DNA of 64,000 nucleotides from Lama guanicoe. Taxonomy: Eukaryota. Numbering within the stretch: the first letter of the stretch is position 1; every line of letters begins with the position of its first letter. Position numbers and translations under genes: made by a program. The notes below the pieces were generated by a model. The model saw only the letters and a program-made list of their open reading frames with translations. It made no database searches and was not told the DNA's origin. The stretch is taken from assembly GCA_013239625.1 (NCBI GenBank), contig MU053810.1, forward strand, positions 3,173,518-3,237,517, in the 5' to 3' direction. This document shows, piece by piece, positions 52,712-64,000 of the stretch.

Positions 52712-53060
52712 ATACGCTGACCTGATGAGGTCAAACCTCTCATACTTCCAGGCACTAGTCTTGCTTTCGGAGAGACGGGTGGGGGGTGAGGCCGGAGCCG
52801 GCGCAGGCGGGAAGCTGAGGGGCGAGGCGGAGGGAGGTGGGCCCGGTGGTCTGAGCGCTCCCGCCCGCCCGGAGGGCCCAGAAAGGGCAGGTCCCGGGCC
52901 CGACCCTCCCGCCCGGCAGCCTGGCTCCGGCCTCGGCCTCGGGACCGTGGGCCGCGCCGCGCAGGAGCGCGGGGCAGCGACGAGAGCGCTGGGCGCCGCG
53001 CGGGGAGCAGCGGTCACGGCGGGGTTCTGTAGGAGGGGTCTGCGCATTTGGGCTCAAAAC
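52600..53060. promoter_or_regulatory. Orphan CpG island in SPAG6 intron 4 containing (CAG)11
   Basis: Sharp GC/CpG-rich island in an AT-rich intron; (CAG)11 at 52674-52706. Confidence 0.8.
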
Positions 53061-54945
53061 CATGTTTTCAGTGTTTGCTCAGGAGCTTCGCTAAAAACGC
53101 TGACTCTTGTCCACTTTGTCTCCTGAAAACCTCGGCTGTTCTCCATCGTGGCAAAGAGGAGTACATCTAGTCGGTGTTCCTAAACAGTTTAATTATGAAC
53201 CTAGTTGTCATGCATTACAGATGAGGAAACCGAAACAGAGAGGCTAAAGGACTTACTCTGGTCAGACAGCAATTTACAGCAGAACTGCCGGCAGTTACTC
53301 AGAACAGTGGTCTTTTCTGTGAGAAGGGGAAAGGCAAGTGCTGGAAAGCTCTTCCTTCTCGGCTTTGAGCTCCTACTATCTGAAAGCCTTGCCGGATGCC
53401 CCTGTTTTTACTCCCTGGTGACTGGTTCCCACGAGTGTGACTAGTCCTTCTCCTGTGGACCTGATCTGTATCCTTAGACCCACTTCAAATGAGAAACGTC
53501 CTTTCCAGCTCAGGAGCAGTTAGGAGAGGCGCAGTGCTCACAGGAACTGGCTGGTCTGGATGCCACAGGGCACCTTCAGTGGACTGTCTCCTAGGGACCA
53601 AATAGACGGTGGAAGGAAGGAAGCCAGACAGAGCTGGCCAGCCTGACTTTTCCACGTCGTGTAGAATGATGAAATGGTAAAAGGAGAAAATAATTGCAAA
53701 ATTCAGAATTTTTGCAGATATTCTTATGCCATGCATGCCACCCACATACAAACACCAGCAGTCCAAGTTGTGTGGAGCAGGCTTTAAACAAAATCTATAT
53801 ATTAGTGACAAATATCTGAGACAACTAGGGACTTTGTACTGTATGTCTTAGCATGAGGCTGGATGGGGAGAGGGATCAAGAGCCAGATAATGAAAACTTG
53901 GTTTAAAAAGCCCTAAAGATAGCTTTCTTCACTGATGCCTGTAGATGACAATGTTGATTTCTGTGGCATCTTTTTCTTTTTATAACTTATTTTATCTTGG
54001 AGGGGTTGAGGGAACACATAAGCAAAGAAGCAAATGATGTATATGGGATTATACATATTATATATTACACCTATTTTGATCTTAATATTTATTTCTATGA
54101 ATATTTTTCTATTTATTTAGATGTTGGTGAAAAAGGTTAAAAGTGAAAATAAATGTCTCTTCTATGTTCTTTGGATGGAGAAGCTTAATGTGTTGAACAA
54201 AGTAACATTTTCATTTTACTCAGTAGTTACCTAATTTGTTAGTCATTATTTAGGGTTAGTTTGTATACTGGTAAATAATTGTGTGTGCATTCTTCTGTGT
54301 TTTTATTTCTTGAGATTTTTAAACTCATAAAGTTCTCTAAGCTTTTTGTTTTGTTTTTTTTTTACAATTTTTTGGAATTCAGAATATGGAGCAATAAAAT
54401 ATAATTCTGTAATCTCAGATCCCTAAGTCACTGAGATCTATAACTTTATATATGAGGCTAGCAAACGATTTCTTTATCTCCACCATCATCATCATAATCA
54501 TCAAAACGTATTTGAGGCACTTATGTGTATGTTACCATGTCTTTCTTACTGTACAAAGTAAAATAAGTTGGCTAACATCTCACCTCTAAGCCTCTACAAT
54601 CTAGAATCTGGGCAAACACTGAACAGAGATGTACCATTGTCTGGGGAGGATGTGTAATACATGGGGTGATACATCAGACCAAGTAAGAGATGGATCATTA
54701 GTTATGTTTTCACACCATGGCAGGAAGGGGAATCTTTACTTTCTTTTTGAGACCTTTGTTTCATCCAGATAACCACTGAGCCAACTTTGGGCATAGAAAT
54801 AAAAAGAAGTAACATTGACAGTGCAGTTGTAGGAGGAAGGAAAGCCCTCGGCCCCACAGAATACTTCTCAGTCTGATGGCACCTCACATTCTTTTAGTCT
54901 GACGCTGTTTTCTGTTTAGTTCCAAAGCCTGTGGGAGAATTGTCA

Positions 54946-54948
<3 letters not shown>

Positions 54949-54996
<48 letters not shown>

Positions 54997-55005
54997 CGCA
55001 TGCGT
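54949..55005. repeat. (TG)20(CG)5 alternating purine-pyrimidine tract
   Basis: Directly visible in the sequence. Confidence 0.95.
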
Positions 55006-55649
55006 TCTGAGTGACTAAGAGAAGGGTATTTGTATCCTAGTGGTTTGTAAATAAACCACATTTGAACAGCGCATCATACCGTATTTTGTGAGTTTGAACA
55101 GAATTGTTTCTTGAACCTGGTTTATCTTCCGACTCCTAGCATATGAATCCTCCTAGCACCTGTTAGATATTGAGGGAAAAAACACTTTTATTTACATACG
55201 AATTTTTAGAAGTGCACTAGGCTTAGAGTACTTGACCGAAATTTGAACATACGCCAATTAAGCATTTCACAAACAGCTATGAGAGTTTAGTTATTAAAAG
55301 CTTAGGACTTTGTTAGCATAAGAATTGTACTTTGAAATGTCATGTTCGTCATCTTATTTCACCATAAATTTTAAAATCCATAATCTGCAGGAAAACAGTT
55401 GCTGTATAATTATCATGTTATCTGACTGATTTTGCACAGTTAATTTTCGGGTATACTTTGCTTTTGTCTGTGGTTTTAGATGAATGAACCAGCTTGCTAT
55501 AAAAACGTAGTACAGGTTAATTGCATCAAACCAATTTTTTTCAAGATAGGACCTCTGACCTTGAGAAGTTATTTAACCATTTGTGTCATGATTCCATTAC
55601 TAGCCATGGAATATTTCTCTGTATCTTCTTTGATTTCACACTACAGTTT

Positions 55650-56143
55650 TACCAGTATAGTAGCCAGTAGTCACATGTTACGTTGCATACTTGAACTGTG
55701 GCTAGTGTGTCTGGGGAACTAAATTTTACTTACTTTTAATTAATATAAATTAAAGATAGATAATCAATTCAACTATCAAAAAAATTTTAGGCATGATTGG
55801 AACAACATGGGCATATGAATCTACTTTTTCAACTGTAAACCCTTTGAAATCTAAATACTACAGATCAAGTATTTCCAGTGAAAATTTAAGCAGCTAAACT
55901 GAGATGTGCTGGAAGTGCAAAATATTCACTGGATGTCCAAAACTTGATGTGAAAAAAGATGGAAATAACTCATTAAAACTTTAAAATACTGATTATGTGT
56001 TGAAATTATAATATTTTGTATATATTATGTTAAACAATGTATATTATTAAAATTCATCTCACCTATTTCTTTTTACTTGTTAAATGTGGCTACTAGACGA
56101 TTTTAAATTGTACATGTGCCTTATATTCCTGTTGGACAGCACT
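55650..56143. mobile_element. hAT-Charlie DNA transposon fossil (MER33/Charlie1-like)
   Basis: AGCCAGTAGTCACATG...TGTGGCTAGTGTG...AAATGTGGCTACTAGA...TTGGACAGCACTG terminus. Confidence 0.7.
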
Positions 56144-56679
56144 GTGCCTGTGCTGCTCTGTGGCTTTTTATTAAAAGGCAATATAGTACATAATGCTGTG
56201 GCCTCAAAAAGTCACACTTAATATTCATGCTTATTAATGAGTGCCACTAAACGGTAGTAGGCAGCATGTTAAGGAACATGGAACTAAACTTATCATCTGG
56301 GGACAAGTAAATGATGAGTCAGCTTTGAGCAGTCACTGATGTAAGGGCTGAAATGTATTTTATAAGTGGCCAAACTACCAGACTCACATTGTCGATGCAG
56401 ACACGCTGATAATCCCCTTTGGAAAACAAAACTGCAGTGCCTATTGGGTTGACCTGTATGAAATTACCTACGTTCAATTGATTTTGACGTAACAAAAACA
56501 GCAGTTTCATGTGGTTTTGTCTAAAAATATCAAGAACCTCAAAAAATGTCCACACTCACCCCCTCGGTAGCTTCATCTCTGGGCCTCTATTTTAAGTAAA
56601 TACACACATGCATGCATATACATACAGATGTATGTATGGTTGTATAACCTGGGACTTAATATGTGTATGAATGTAGGAC

Positions 56680-57205
56680 CCGTGGTGGCCAGCCTCCAAG
56701 ACGCCCCTCCAAGATCCTGTGTCCTGGAATTCACACCCTTGTCCCCTCCCACATCGTAACAGGACTGGTTGTGTTACCACTGGAATGCAGCAGAGGTGAT
56801 GGTGTGTCACTTCTGAGAAAAGGTGACCAGCTCTACAAGATTAAGGCTTCTGTCATGGGAGCCTCTCCTCACCTGCTCTGAGGAAAGCCAGCTTCTGTGA
56901 CATGAGGACACTCAGGCAGCCTGTGGAAGGGCCTGTGGCAAGAGGAACTGAGGTCTCCGACAGCCAAGGAGCCGGAGCTTCCAAAGAAGTACGTGAGTGA
57001 GCTGGGAGTCAGGTCCCCCCGCTTGTGCCCTCTGATGGCCGCAGCCCCAGCCAGCAGTGTGACAGTGACTTCATGAGATGCTCTAAGGCTGAACCCCCCA
57101 GCTACGCTGCTCCTGGATTCCTGACCCACGGAAAATGTGAGACAATAAAATGATGTTGTTTCAAGCTGCTGAGTTTGGGTCATTTGGTTTGTAGTTATGC
57201 ATAAT
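56680..57205 (+). mobile_element. MaLR solo LTR (MLT1-like)
   Basis: GTGGTGGCCAGCCTCCAAGA...GGATTCCTGACCCACGGAAAATGTGAGACAATAAAATGATGTTGTTTCAAGCTGCTGAGTTTGGG. Confidence 0.8.
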
Positions 57206-57259
57206 TAATACATAATCTTTTTTTAAGGCATCACTGAGGTGATTTTTTTCCCACAAGTT

Positions 57260-57363
57260 TTTAAAAATTTTGTTGTTATTTTTAATGGAGGTACTGGGGA
57301 GTGAACCTGGGACATCATGCATGCTAAGCAGGCACTCTACCACTGAACTATACCCACACCCCC
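57260..57363 (-). mobile_element. tRNA-Ala-derived SINE (camelid Vic-1-like)
   Basis: Minus strand GGGGGTGTGGGTATAGTTCAGTGGTAGAGTGCCTGCTTAGCATGCATGATGTCCCAGGTTCACTCCCCAGTACCTCCA plus A-rich tail; has A and B boxes and an AGC anticodon-like loop. Confidence 0.8.
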
Positions 57364-58734
57364 AACTAATACGTAATATTAATGCACAAAGAGTTTCGGT
57401 GTACTGCAGTACATGATGGCAAAAACCAAAATCAAGCAAAACAAGTGTCCTGAATTGGGGGGATGTTTAAGTGAATTAATGGCATGGTTACTCAGTGGGA
57501 TATTATGCAGTTATTAACAGTGTTGGGCCAGCTCCATCCTCAGAAATAAAAGGGGACAGTGGAGGCCCACGGGTAGCTTCGAGGAACCACTCAGAGGGAG
57601 TGCCACCAAGAACTGCTGACCAGGGAGCACTTGTATAAAAGCGCCATGTAAGCTTTCTAACCATCCATTTCCTTTCTGTTTCCTCTCTCCTCTGTGTGTT
57701 CTTGTAGAAAGTCCCACTGGAGCACTGGTAAACCCCTACTGTTCAGCCTCCTCCATCAGCCTGTGCTCTTGAAGGCAGGAACTTATCTAAAACTGGGCTG
57801 GAACAAAGACTGAATGTCAGTGAATTTGAATAATAAAATCTGCATTTTCCATTTAAGGTTTCTTTTTTTTTTTTGAAGCAGAATGCAGATTGTAGGTGGA
57901 GTGAAACTACAACTATGGTTGCAATATTATATAAAGCAAGTGGAAACAAATGTAAAAATTTCTAGGTGCAAAAAAATGTGTTTTGTAAAGATCTGTTTCC
58001 AAGTAATCTATTGTCGTTTTCTTCATTACAAGAGCACTCCAGACCCTCTCTGTAGTTTTGTCTTTTCCGATACGGCTGAGTCTCAGCTGTCTAGTAGTTC
58101 TAAGTACAAAACTAAGAAGTGCTAAAATTGGGGTTTGAAAAATTGCCTTATATCTTATGCTACCTGTTGTCTTCCAGGGCTACACCCGAGTCTTTACCTT
58201 TTCCCACACTCTCTTTCTCTTGTCTCCACTTTTGAATTTTTTTTTTGTAACCATATTTTGAAGGTGTTTTTCATATTTGAGCCTTGTGTGTGCTGTCCAC
58301 CCAGCTGATTGTAATTTCTTACTAAGTAAGGCCCCATTAGCTCCAGATCAATGGTTTATTTGACTTACTTGACTTTTCAAAGGAGCTAGAATTATTTAAC
58401 CTTCAAAGCGTATGTATGTATGTATGTATGTATGTATGTATATATGTATGTAAACCCTTGATCTCTCAAACACTCAACCCATATGGAAGGGTTAGACAGC
58501 AGCTCTGAAGATCGAGGGGAGAGAAGTGTGGAAATGATGAGTAGGAGAAATGACATTTGTGGGGGTGGGGGATACATAAAAATCATGCATTAGACTTCTT
58601 CATAATAATATGCAAATTCCCTTCACCTTTTCTCACTCCCACCTGCAACTGGAAATGTCAATTTCTCAGCTCAGAATCTAGCTCTAGGGAACTGCTGTTA
58701 CCTATGGAAGATGTGTCAGTGAAGAATAAAGGTT

Positions 58735-59195
58735 TTTGGTAGCCGGCTTCCATGCCTGCCTCCTCCTATTCACATCCTTGGGTAGTCTCCTTCTACACTG
58801 AGCAGGTGAAAAATAGCAGAAGTTATGGCATCTCACTTGCAAGGTTAGATTATGAAGGACTGCAGCTTTTGTCTTGGGTTCTCTCCTCTGGACCACTCTC
58901 TCTGGGGGAAGCCTCCTCACAAGCAGCCTATGGAAAAGCCTGGAAATGGGGAGGAACTAAACCGATGTCTTCTCCCAGCATTCCCACGAGCGTGCTAGGA
59001 AGAAGATCCTGTAGACCCAGGCGAGCCGCAGATACCCGCAGCCCTAGCTGATGGCTTGATTGCGACCTAGGGAGACATCACAGCCTGAACCACCCAGCTA
59101 AACTGCTCCCAGATTCCTGATCTACAGAAACTATGAGATTTTGTTTCCTGTTTTAAGCAGCTAAGTTTGGTGTGATTTCTGACATAACAGCAGAT
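58735..59195 (+). mobile_element. MaLR solo LTR (MLT1-like)
   Basis: GAACCACCCAGCTAAACTGCTCCCAGATTCCTGATCTACAGAAACTATGAGA...TGTTTTAAGCAGCTAAGTTTGG. Confidence 0.75.
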
Positions 59196-60091
59196 GAACA
59201 AACCAGTTGTAAACAGCTGGGTTAGACCAAAAACTAGACAAATGTCTTCTACTTTAGAGGTGACATTCCTAAAATCATACTCGAGTATGGTCAGCATATA
59301 AGCAGCTTTGGTGATTGCAACTCCATATTTGTTTTCTCTATAATTTCACTGAATCATGAAAAATGTGGTTAAATAGGATGACTGATTATCGTAACATAAG
59401 GTTAACATCATAAATGGTAGCCAAGTCTTAAATGTGGTTTTTAACCTGCTTTATTTCAAAAAGGTCTTGAGGTGATACAGTTAAGTACTTCAGAGCCAGA
59501 TATAAAACCAGCCTACCTTTAAACTGATGGGACCACCTAAATGCAAAGAGGTGATGATTCATAACTTTCTTTTACTTTTAATGAAACAAAATATAACTTT
59601 TTGTAGGACTTAGAAACAGGCAGTTAAAAATCCATGTTCGGAAAAATAAATTAAACGGCAATAAAGTAAAAAGGAATTAGAGTTTCTGAGTTGTTTTAAT
59701 TATTTTTGAATTAGTGTGCTAAAGACACATAGATTTTTTCCTCTTTTTTCCTTTGGGAGAGTCTTTTAATTTTGAGTCTTTTTTAATGAGTTCTCATGAT
59801 GAATCCCTTAATGTTGCTCAAGTTCTTCCCTCCTACATTTTCACTATGAGCAGAAAAATTAGTTGAGTATCATAATGTATGTTTAGATTAATCCTTTTTT
59901 TTTTAACAGGCCAATTTTTAGCTTTTCATCAAGTTCTTGGAATTCACCTCTGAATTTTCTTATACGACCACTATAGTGGTTCTTCCTTTATGACTCCAAA
60001 ACATGTCTTCAAGAATCAAAAGTAGAAAGAACGTCACCTTTTTACCTCCCGAAAGTCCCCACAGCTCATTTTAGAAGGTGTAAGGTTTAAG

Positions 60092-60435
60092 CCTGGGGTT
60101 GTAAAACGGTGACCCACAGATGGACGTATTTTATTTGGCCTGCGCTATGTTGTCTTATGCAGTGTTTTTTTTTTTTTAAGTTGCTAACACTTAAAACCCG
60201 GGCAATTTCACGTTAAAAAATCAGATGTATGGCTTCTCTTAAAAAATCCAAAGATCTGACAACAGTAGTCCTATATCCCTGAGTGGCAGCCCCAGGCTGA
60301 AGCTGAGTGGTTGCTCCTTGCAGCCGCTGCGTGTAAATTTCCAGTTTCCTAGCTCCACACTTGCTATTTTTGTTTCACCTTCTGACTTTGCTTATTTCAG
60401 CTACTTGCCTGGGCCCTGTGTTTACCACTCCTGAT
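60092..60435. mobile_element. hAT-type DNA transposon fossil (MER102/MER58-like)
   Basis: Imperfect terminal inverted ends CTGGGGTTGTAAAAC ... TTTACCACTCCTG. Confidence 0.45.
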
Positions 60436-62184
60436 CTAAACAAATGTAACAATTAAGCCACAACAATTAAGAGGATGGGGTCAAAGCCATGGTGAGCCCT
60501 GTTAAAGCAAGATCCCTTTGCCCTGATGTACCTGGTTTTACCTGTTACAGCCTGTATTATGCTGATGGGCATTCCTGTCTGTGCAAGTCTCTTCTGATCA
60601 GCAGAAAATCACTTCTAATATTCCACTCATCCAGCTTTAGATAGTACTAATTTTATGAATGTTGTTGATCTTAAAAGTCCTCCCTTTTATCCGTGTCTCT
60701 TTTAATATTAAAATTATATCTAACGCTTGTCACAGTCCCATAGAAGAGGCTGCCTCAGTTCCTCCACTCAATAGTGAGATATTCAGGAGGGTGGACAGAA
60801 CTAGCTAGTCCTCTGCTGAGAACACTGGCCATCACATTTGAGGACTGTATATTTCATTGCCTTCATGCATGTAATCGATGGCTTTAATTATTATTTATGA
60901 ATAAGGAAGGTGCTATTGGAGGGTTTTATTTCCTCTGACAATTTGAAGTCCAAAAAAATTGTTAAAAATGAATAATCCTTAACATTTAAAAAATGTAACA
61001 TTTTAACTGCAATAAGGGCATGAATTAAGGTGAGGGAAAGTGTGAAAGAGTAAATGGATAATATTTCTAGTACGTGTTAGTAATTCTTCAAAGAATATGT
61101 ATGCACTCTTTCCTAATATTTTGTTTAAAAGACACATACATTCCCACCATTTTTTAAAGCAGGATACTTTCTGCCTTATTGAGATACAAGCTAAAGTCTT
61201 TATATTTATTTTTCCTTTTTAATAGTAGTGTTAGTATAGTTACTCCCAGCAGTAGCTGTATGTATAGTTGAAAGCCATGTTTTATTTTTAAAAAATAATC
61301 ATGTTGTTCATGTGTAACTGAAAAATTGTGCTCTACACTGGAATTTGTCACAACATTGTAAAATGACTGTAACTCAATATAAAAATGTTTAAAAAAATCA
61401 CGTTGAAGAAAATTTGGCAAATAGAGAAGAAAAATATATCAGTAGTACCATCGATACCATATAAGTCCTTTTAGTAGAGCTTTTTTCTCTGCATCTTTTT
61501 GCATATCTACTTTAATCTTGCTTGTCATCTAACAGTAGATGATTATGTCCCATGTTCTTGCATAAAATATATAGTTTTTAAAAATTAATTTTTTGAAGAT
61601 TCATTTAAAATTTAAAATAAGGCTAAGATATTTTCAGGCACTGAAGACAAATTTCTTGACTCACTGCTTTTATTTTGTTGATCAAACCTTTTACGAGCAT
61701 CTGTACATATCAATCTTTGATTTCCTAAATATAATAATTAATTGAACAACACAAACTCATTTCCAAATTAGATTTAAGAATGTATCCTGTGAGATTTCTC
61801 CTATGGGGAGTAACTTTTAAGTGTACCAGAATTTTGTATGTGTTGTGGTTACTACTGCTTCTTTTAGGGTAGAAAAGTATAGGGAAAAAGAAAATGAGAG
61901 AAGCAAGTAAGATGGGAAGCATTGCCCGAAACGGCAGCCGTGTATGCATTTCCCCAAACAGTCCACACACCTGACTCCCAGCTCCGCTCTGCACGGTGGT
62001 CTGTTTGTATATTCACTCTGAGCAGAATCTGCCAGCGCAGAACACTGTTTCACTCTGTTCTGCTTCCCCGAGATCTAGCTGAGTTTCTAGCACATATTAA
62101 GCATGTGATGAATACTCAATGACCAGAAAAGAGAGGGAAATATGTAGATACAACAAGCCTGAGAAAGGATAGAATTGTATCATT

Positions 62185-62600
62185 GTGTTTTGGGGAAAGT
62201 TACAGAATCTCATACACAAGTGGCTTAAGCAATGTGGACTTTTTAAAAAATTTCACAGGACACAAACTTCAGAGTCAGGGCAGTTCCAAGGTTGGTTATG
62301 CAGCTCAGCAGTGTCATGGAGGACCCAGATGGTTTTCATTTTTGTACTCAGCCATCCTCAGCACATTGTTGATTTCTTCTGTGTTAGTTGCAAGATAGAT
62401 GTAGGCGTTCCAGATGTCATTTGCAGGCAGATACGACCACGTCCAGTAAAGAAGAGGCTGTGTCTCCTCTTGTATATCTCCATTTGTTACAGAGGAAAAT
62501 CTCTCACAGATGCTTCTAGCTGACTTCTTCTCAGGGTCCACTTGCCAGGACTGATTCACAAGCCCATGCCCTGACTGACACAGGCTTGTTAGGTGGATGC
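62185..62600 (-). mobile_element. Old MaLR LTR (MLT1J/K-like)
   Basis: AAGTGGCTTAAGCAAT...GGCAGTTCCAAGGTTGG...CAGCTCAGCAGTGTCA...GCCATCCTCAGC pattern. Confidence 0.55.
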
Positions 62601-63263
62601 CAGCAGCGACTGGCACAGGGATAGCAGAGGAAGTGACAGTAGGGAAGAGGACAAAGATACACCACAGGGAAAAGAGCAGTGACCGGGGCAGGATGAAGCC
62701 GTGAGCCTGTGGGATGTTCAGGCCTATTGTACTGTTACCTGATATGCACTGTCTTATGCACCCAGTATCTGTACGAAGGTGGTAGGACCACGTCATCTAT
62801 GAGTGATGGTGTGTGCCACCCACAAGCAGACCTGGGTTTTGCAGGACGATATAAATTGGAGTTGTAAAGTATATGAAACTGCAAGCACAAAATTGCTAGG
62901 CCCCATCCAGGTCCTTGGAAACTTCACTCCCTTCAGGCAAACCCTTCTTTGGTGCCATCCGCTGCCCTTCCCGCATTTAATATCACTGCTCCAGAAAGAA
63001 TGGAAAACAGCTTCGAAGGGGAATGGGTAACAAGTCAGAAGAACTGCTTGCTGTATTGTTAACATTATACAGTCCAAGGAGAGGAGGATATGGCACTCAG
63101 TTATTTGAGGAAAGGATAAAGTTTTTATTAATAGTACTTTTAAACAGTTGTTTACTGCATATTCTTTACTCTTAGAAACTATGTATAGAAGTGAAAATCT
63201 ATAAATAGATGAACTAATCCTTTCAAATAATACTCTTTCAAAATAAAGTGTTTAGCCTATTTA

Positions 63264-63485
63264 GAATTGACCCTTGAATGATGCAGGGGTTAGAGGTGCC
63301 GACCCTCCCTGAAGTGGAAAATCTGAGTATAATTTATAGTCAGCCTCTTATCAGCAGTTCCTGCATATCTGTGGTTCCAAATCCAACCAACCACCATGGG
63401 GTAGTACTGCAGTATTTACTATTGAAAAAGTCCGCTTTCAAGTGGACCCACACCGTTCAAACCCAGTGCTGTTTGGGGTCAACTG
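63264..63485. mobile_element. TcMar-Tigger MITE (Tigger2a/MER28-like)
   Basis: TIRs (G)AATTGACCCTTGAA ... GGGGTCAACTG, both flanked by TA. Confidence 0.75.
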
Positions 63486-64000
63486 TATATATGTATTTTT
63501 TTTCCAGGTACCCTTAAATATATACATATAAAGTTGATGCTACCATACAACACCTGTATAATGTGGAATGAACTGAATTAAGTAACAAGTTCATCATTAA
63601 GATAAAGTATAAAAATTTTACATCTAGACATCACAGGACATCACACGTTGTTTTCCTCCATTTCCCTTGGGTGCGGGTGGCCAGACAGAAATAGTGAGCA
63701 TGTGTTTCACCTGCTGTCTTTTTGGTCTTCAGGTGATTGCAGTAGAGCCTCAGAGATGCTTCTGAGGAATCTCTTCTATTGATCTGTTAGACTGATATTC
63801 CAGTCTATTGCTGCTATTGTCCTTTTTGGAAAAAACCCATCTTCCTCTTATCTGCATCTGGTTCTTGAGATTACAAATTAACTTCCTGTTGTATTTTCAT
63901 ATTTCACACTAGAGTTTGTAAATTGAAACATATTTGCTAATCAGTGTAGTGTTAATTTGTAGACGTGTCACCTGCACCAGTGCCGATTGAGTCTGGCAGA

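Larger units (their letters stand above)
31680..53047 (-). pseudogene. Putative nested antisense unitary pseudogene of a type I membrane Ig-superfamily protein (VSIG10/VSIG10L-like architecture, inferred)
   Basis: Minus-strand exon-like segments: 53047-52716, 52083-~51800, 49965-49706, 45023-44971, 44007-43850, 42881-42702, 42367-42193, 40341-40239, 38581-38481, 37349-37214 (TM), 35790-35630, 34898-34246 and possibly 31759-~31680. They have polypyrimidine+AG acceptors or near-consensus donors, several phase-compatible junctions, Ig-like Cys/Trp patterns, and many stops and frameshifts. Based on manual translation only. Confidence 0.6.

Noticed and set aside
52632..53126. Plus-strand polyglutamine ORF (164 aa)
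   Set aside because: Starts at TTG, is low complexity and shows no homology; explained by (CAG)11 inside a CpG island.
57286..57363. tRNA-Ala gene
   Set aside because: Acceptor and T stems are degenerate and an A-rich tail follows, so it is a SINE head rather than a functional tRNA.
62314..63077. ORFs of 75-160 aa near the window end as SPAG6 exon 5 or another gene
   Set aside because: No match to the expected SPAG6 continuation (ELSQAVVDAG...); partly overlap an old MaLR LTR.

Overview
Mammalian genomic DNA, probably camelid judging from tRNA-Ala-derived SINEs, covering the COMMD3-BMI1-SPAG6 syntenic block with all three genes on the + strand. It holds COMMD3 exons 2-8, the complete BMI1 CDS (9 coding exons, 326 aa; non-coding exon 1 probably lies in a 937-nt N gap) and SPAG6 exons 1-4. 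It also holds several CpG islands and the usual L1/L2/MIR/MLT1/DNA-transposon fossils. The main unexplained signal is on the - strand inside SPAG6 introns 2-4: about 12-13 non-repetitive, splice-site-bounded segments between ~53.0 kb and ~31.7 kb. Translated by hand and in order, they give Ig-like domains, a transmembrane helix with a CCVRRK stop-transfer motif and a long Ser/Pro-rich tail, all broken by stops, frameshifts and mutated splice sites. I interpret this as a decayed, nested antisense Ig-superfamily receptor gene (candidate unitary pseudogene); this is inference and needs homology searches. Other points of interest: an intact dual-frame path for the COMMD3-BMI1 fusion, an apparent miR-200c to miR-200a/141 seed switch in the BMI1 3'UTR, and a series of RFX X-boxes across the locus.
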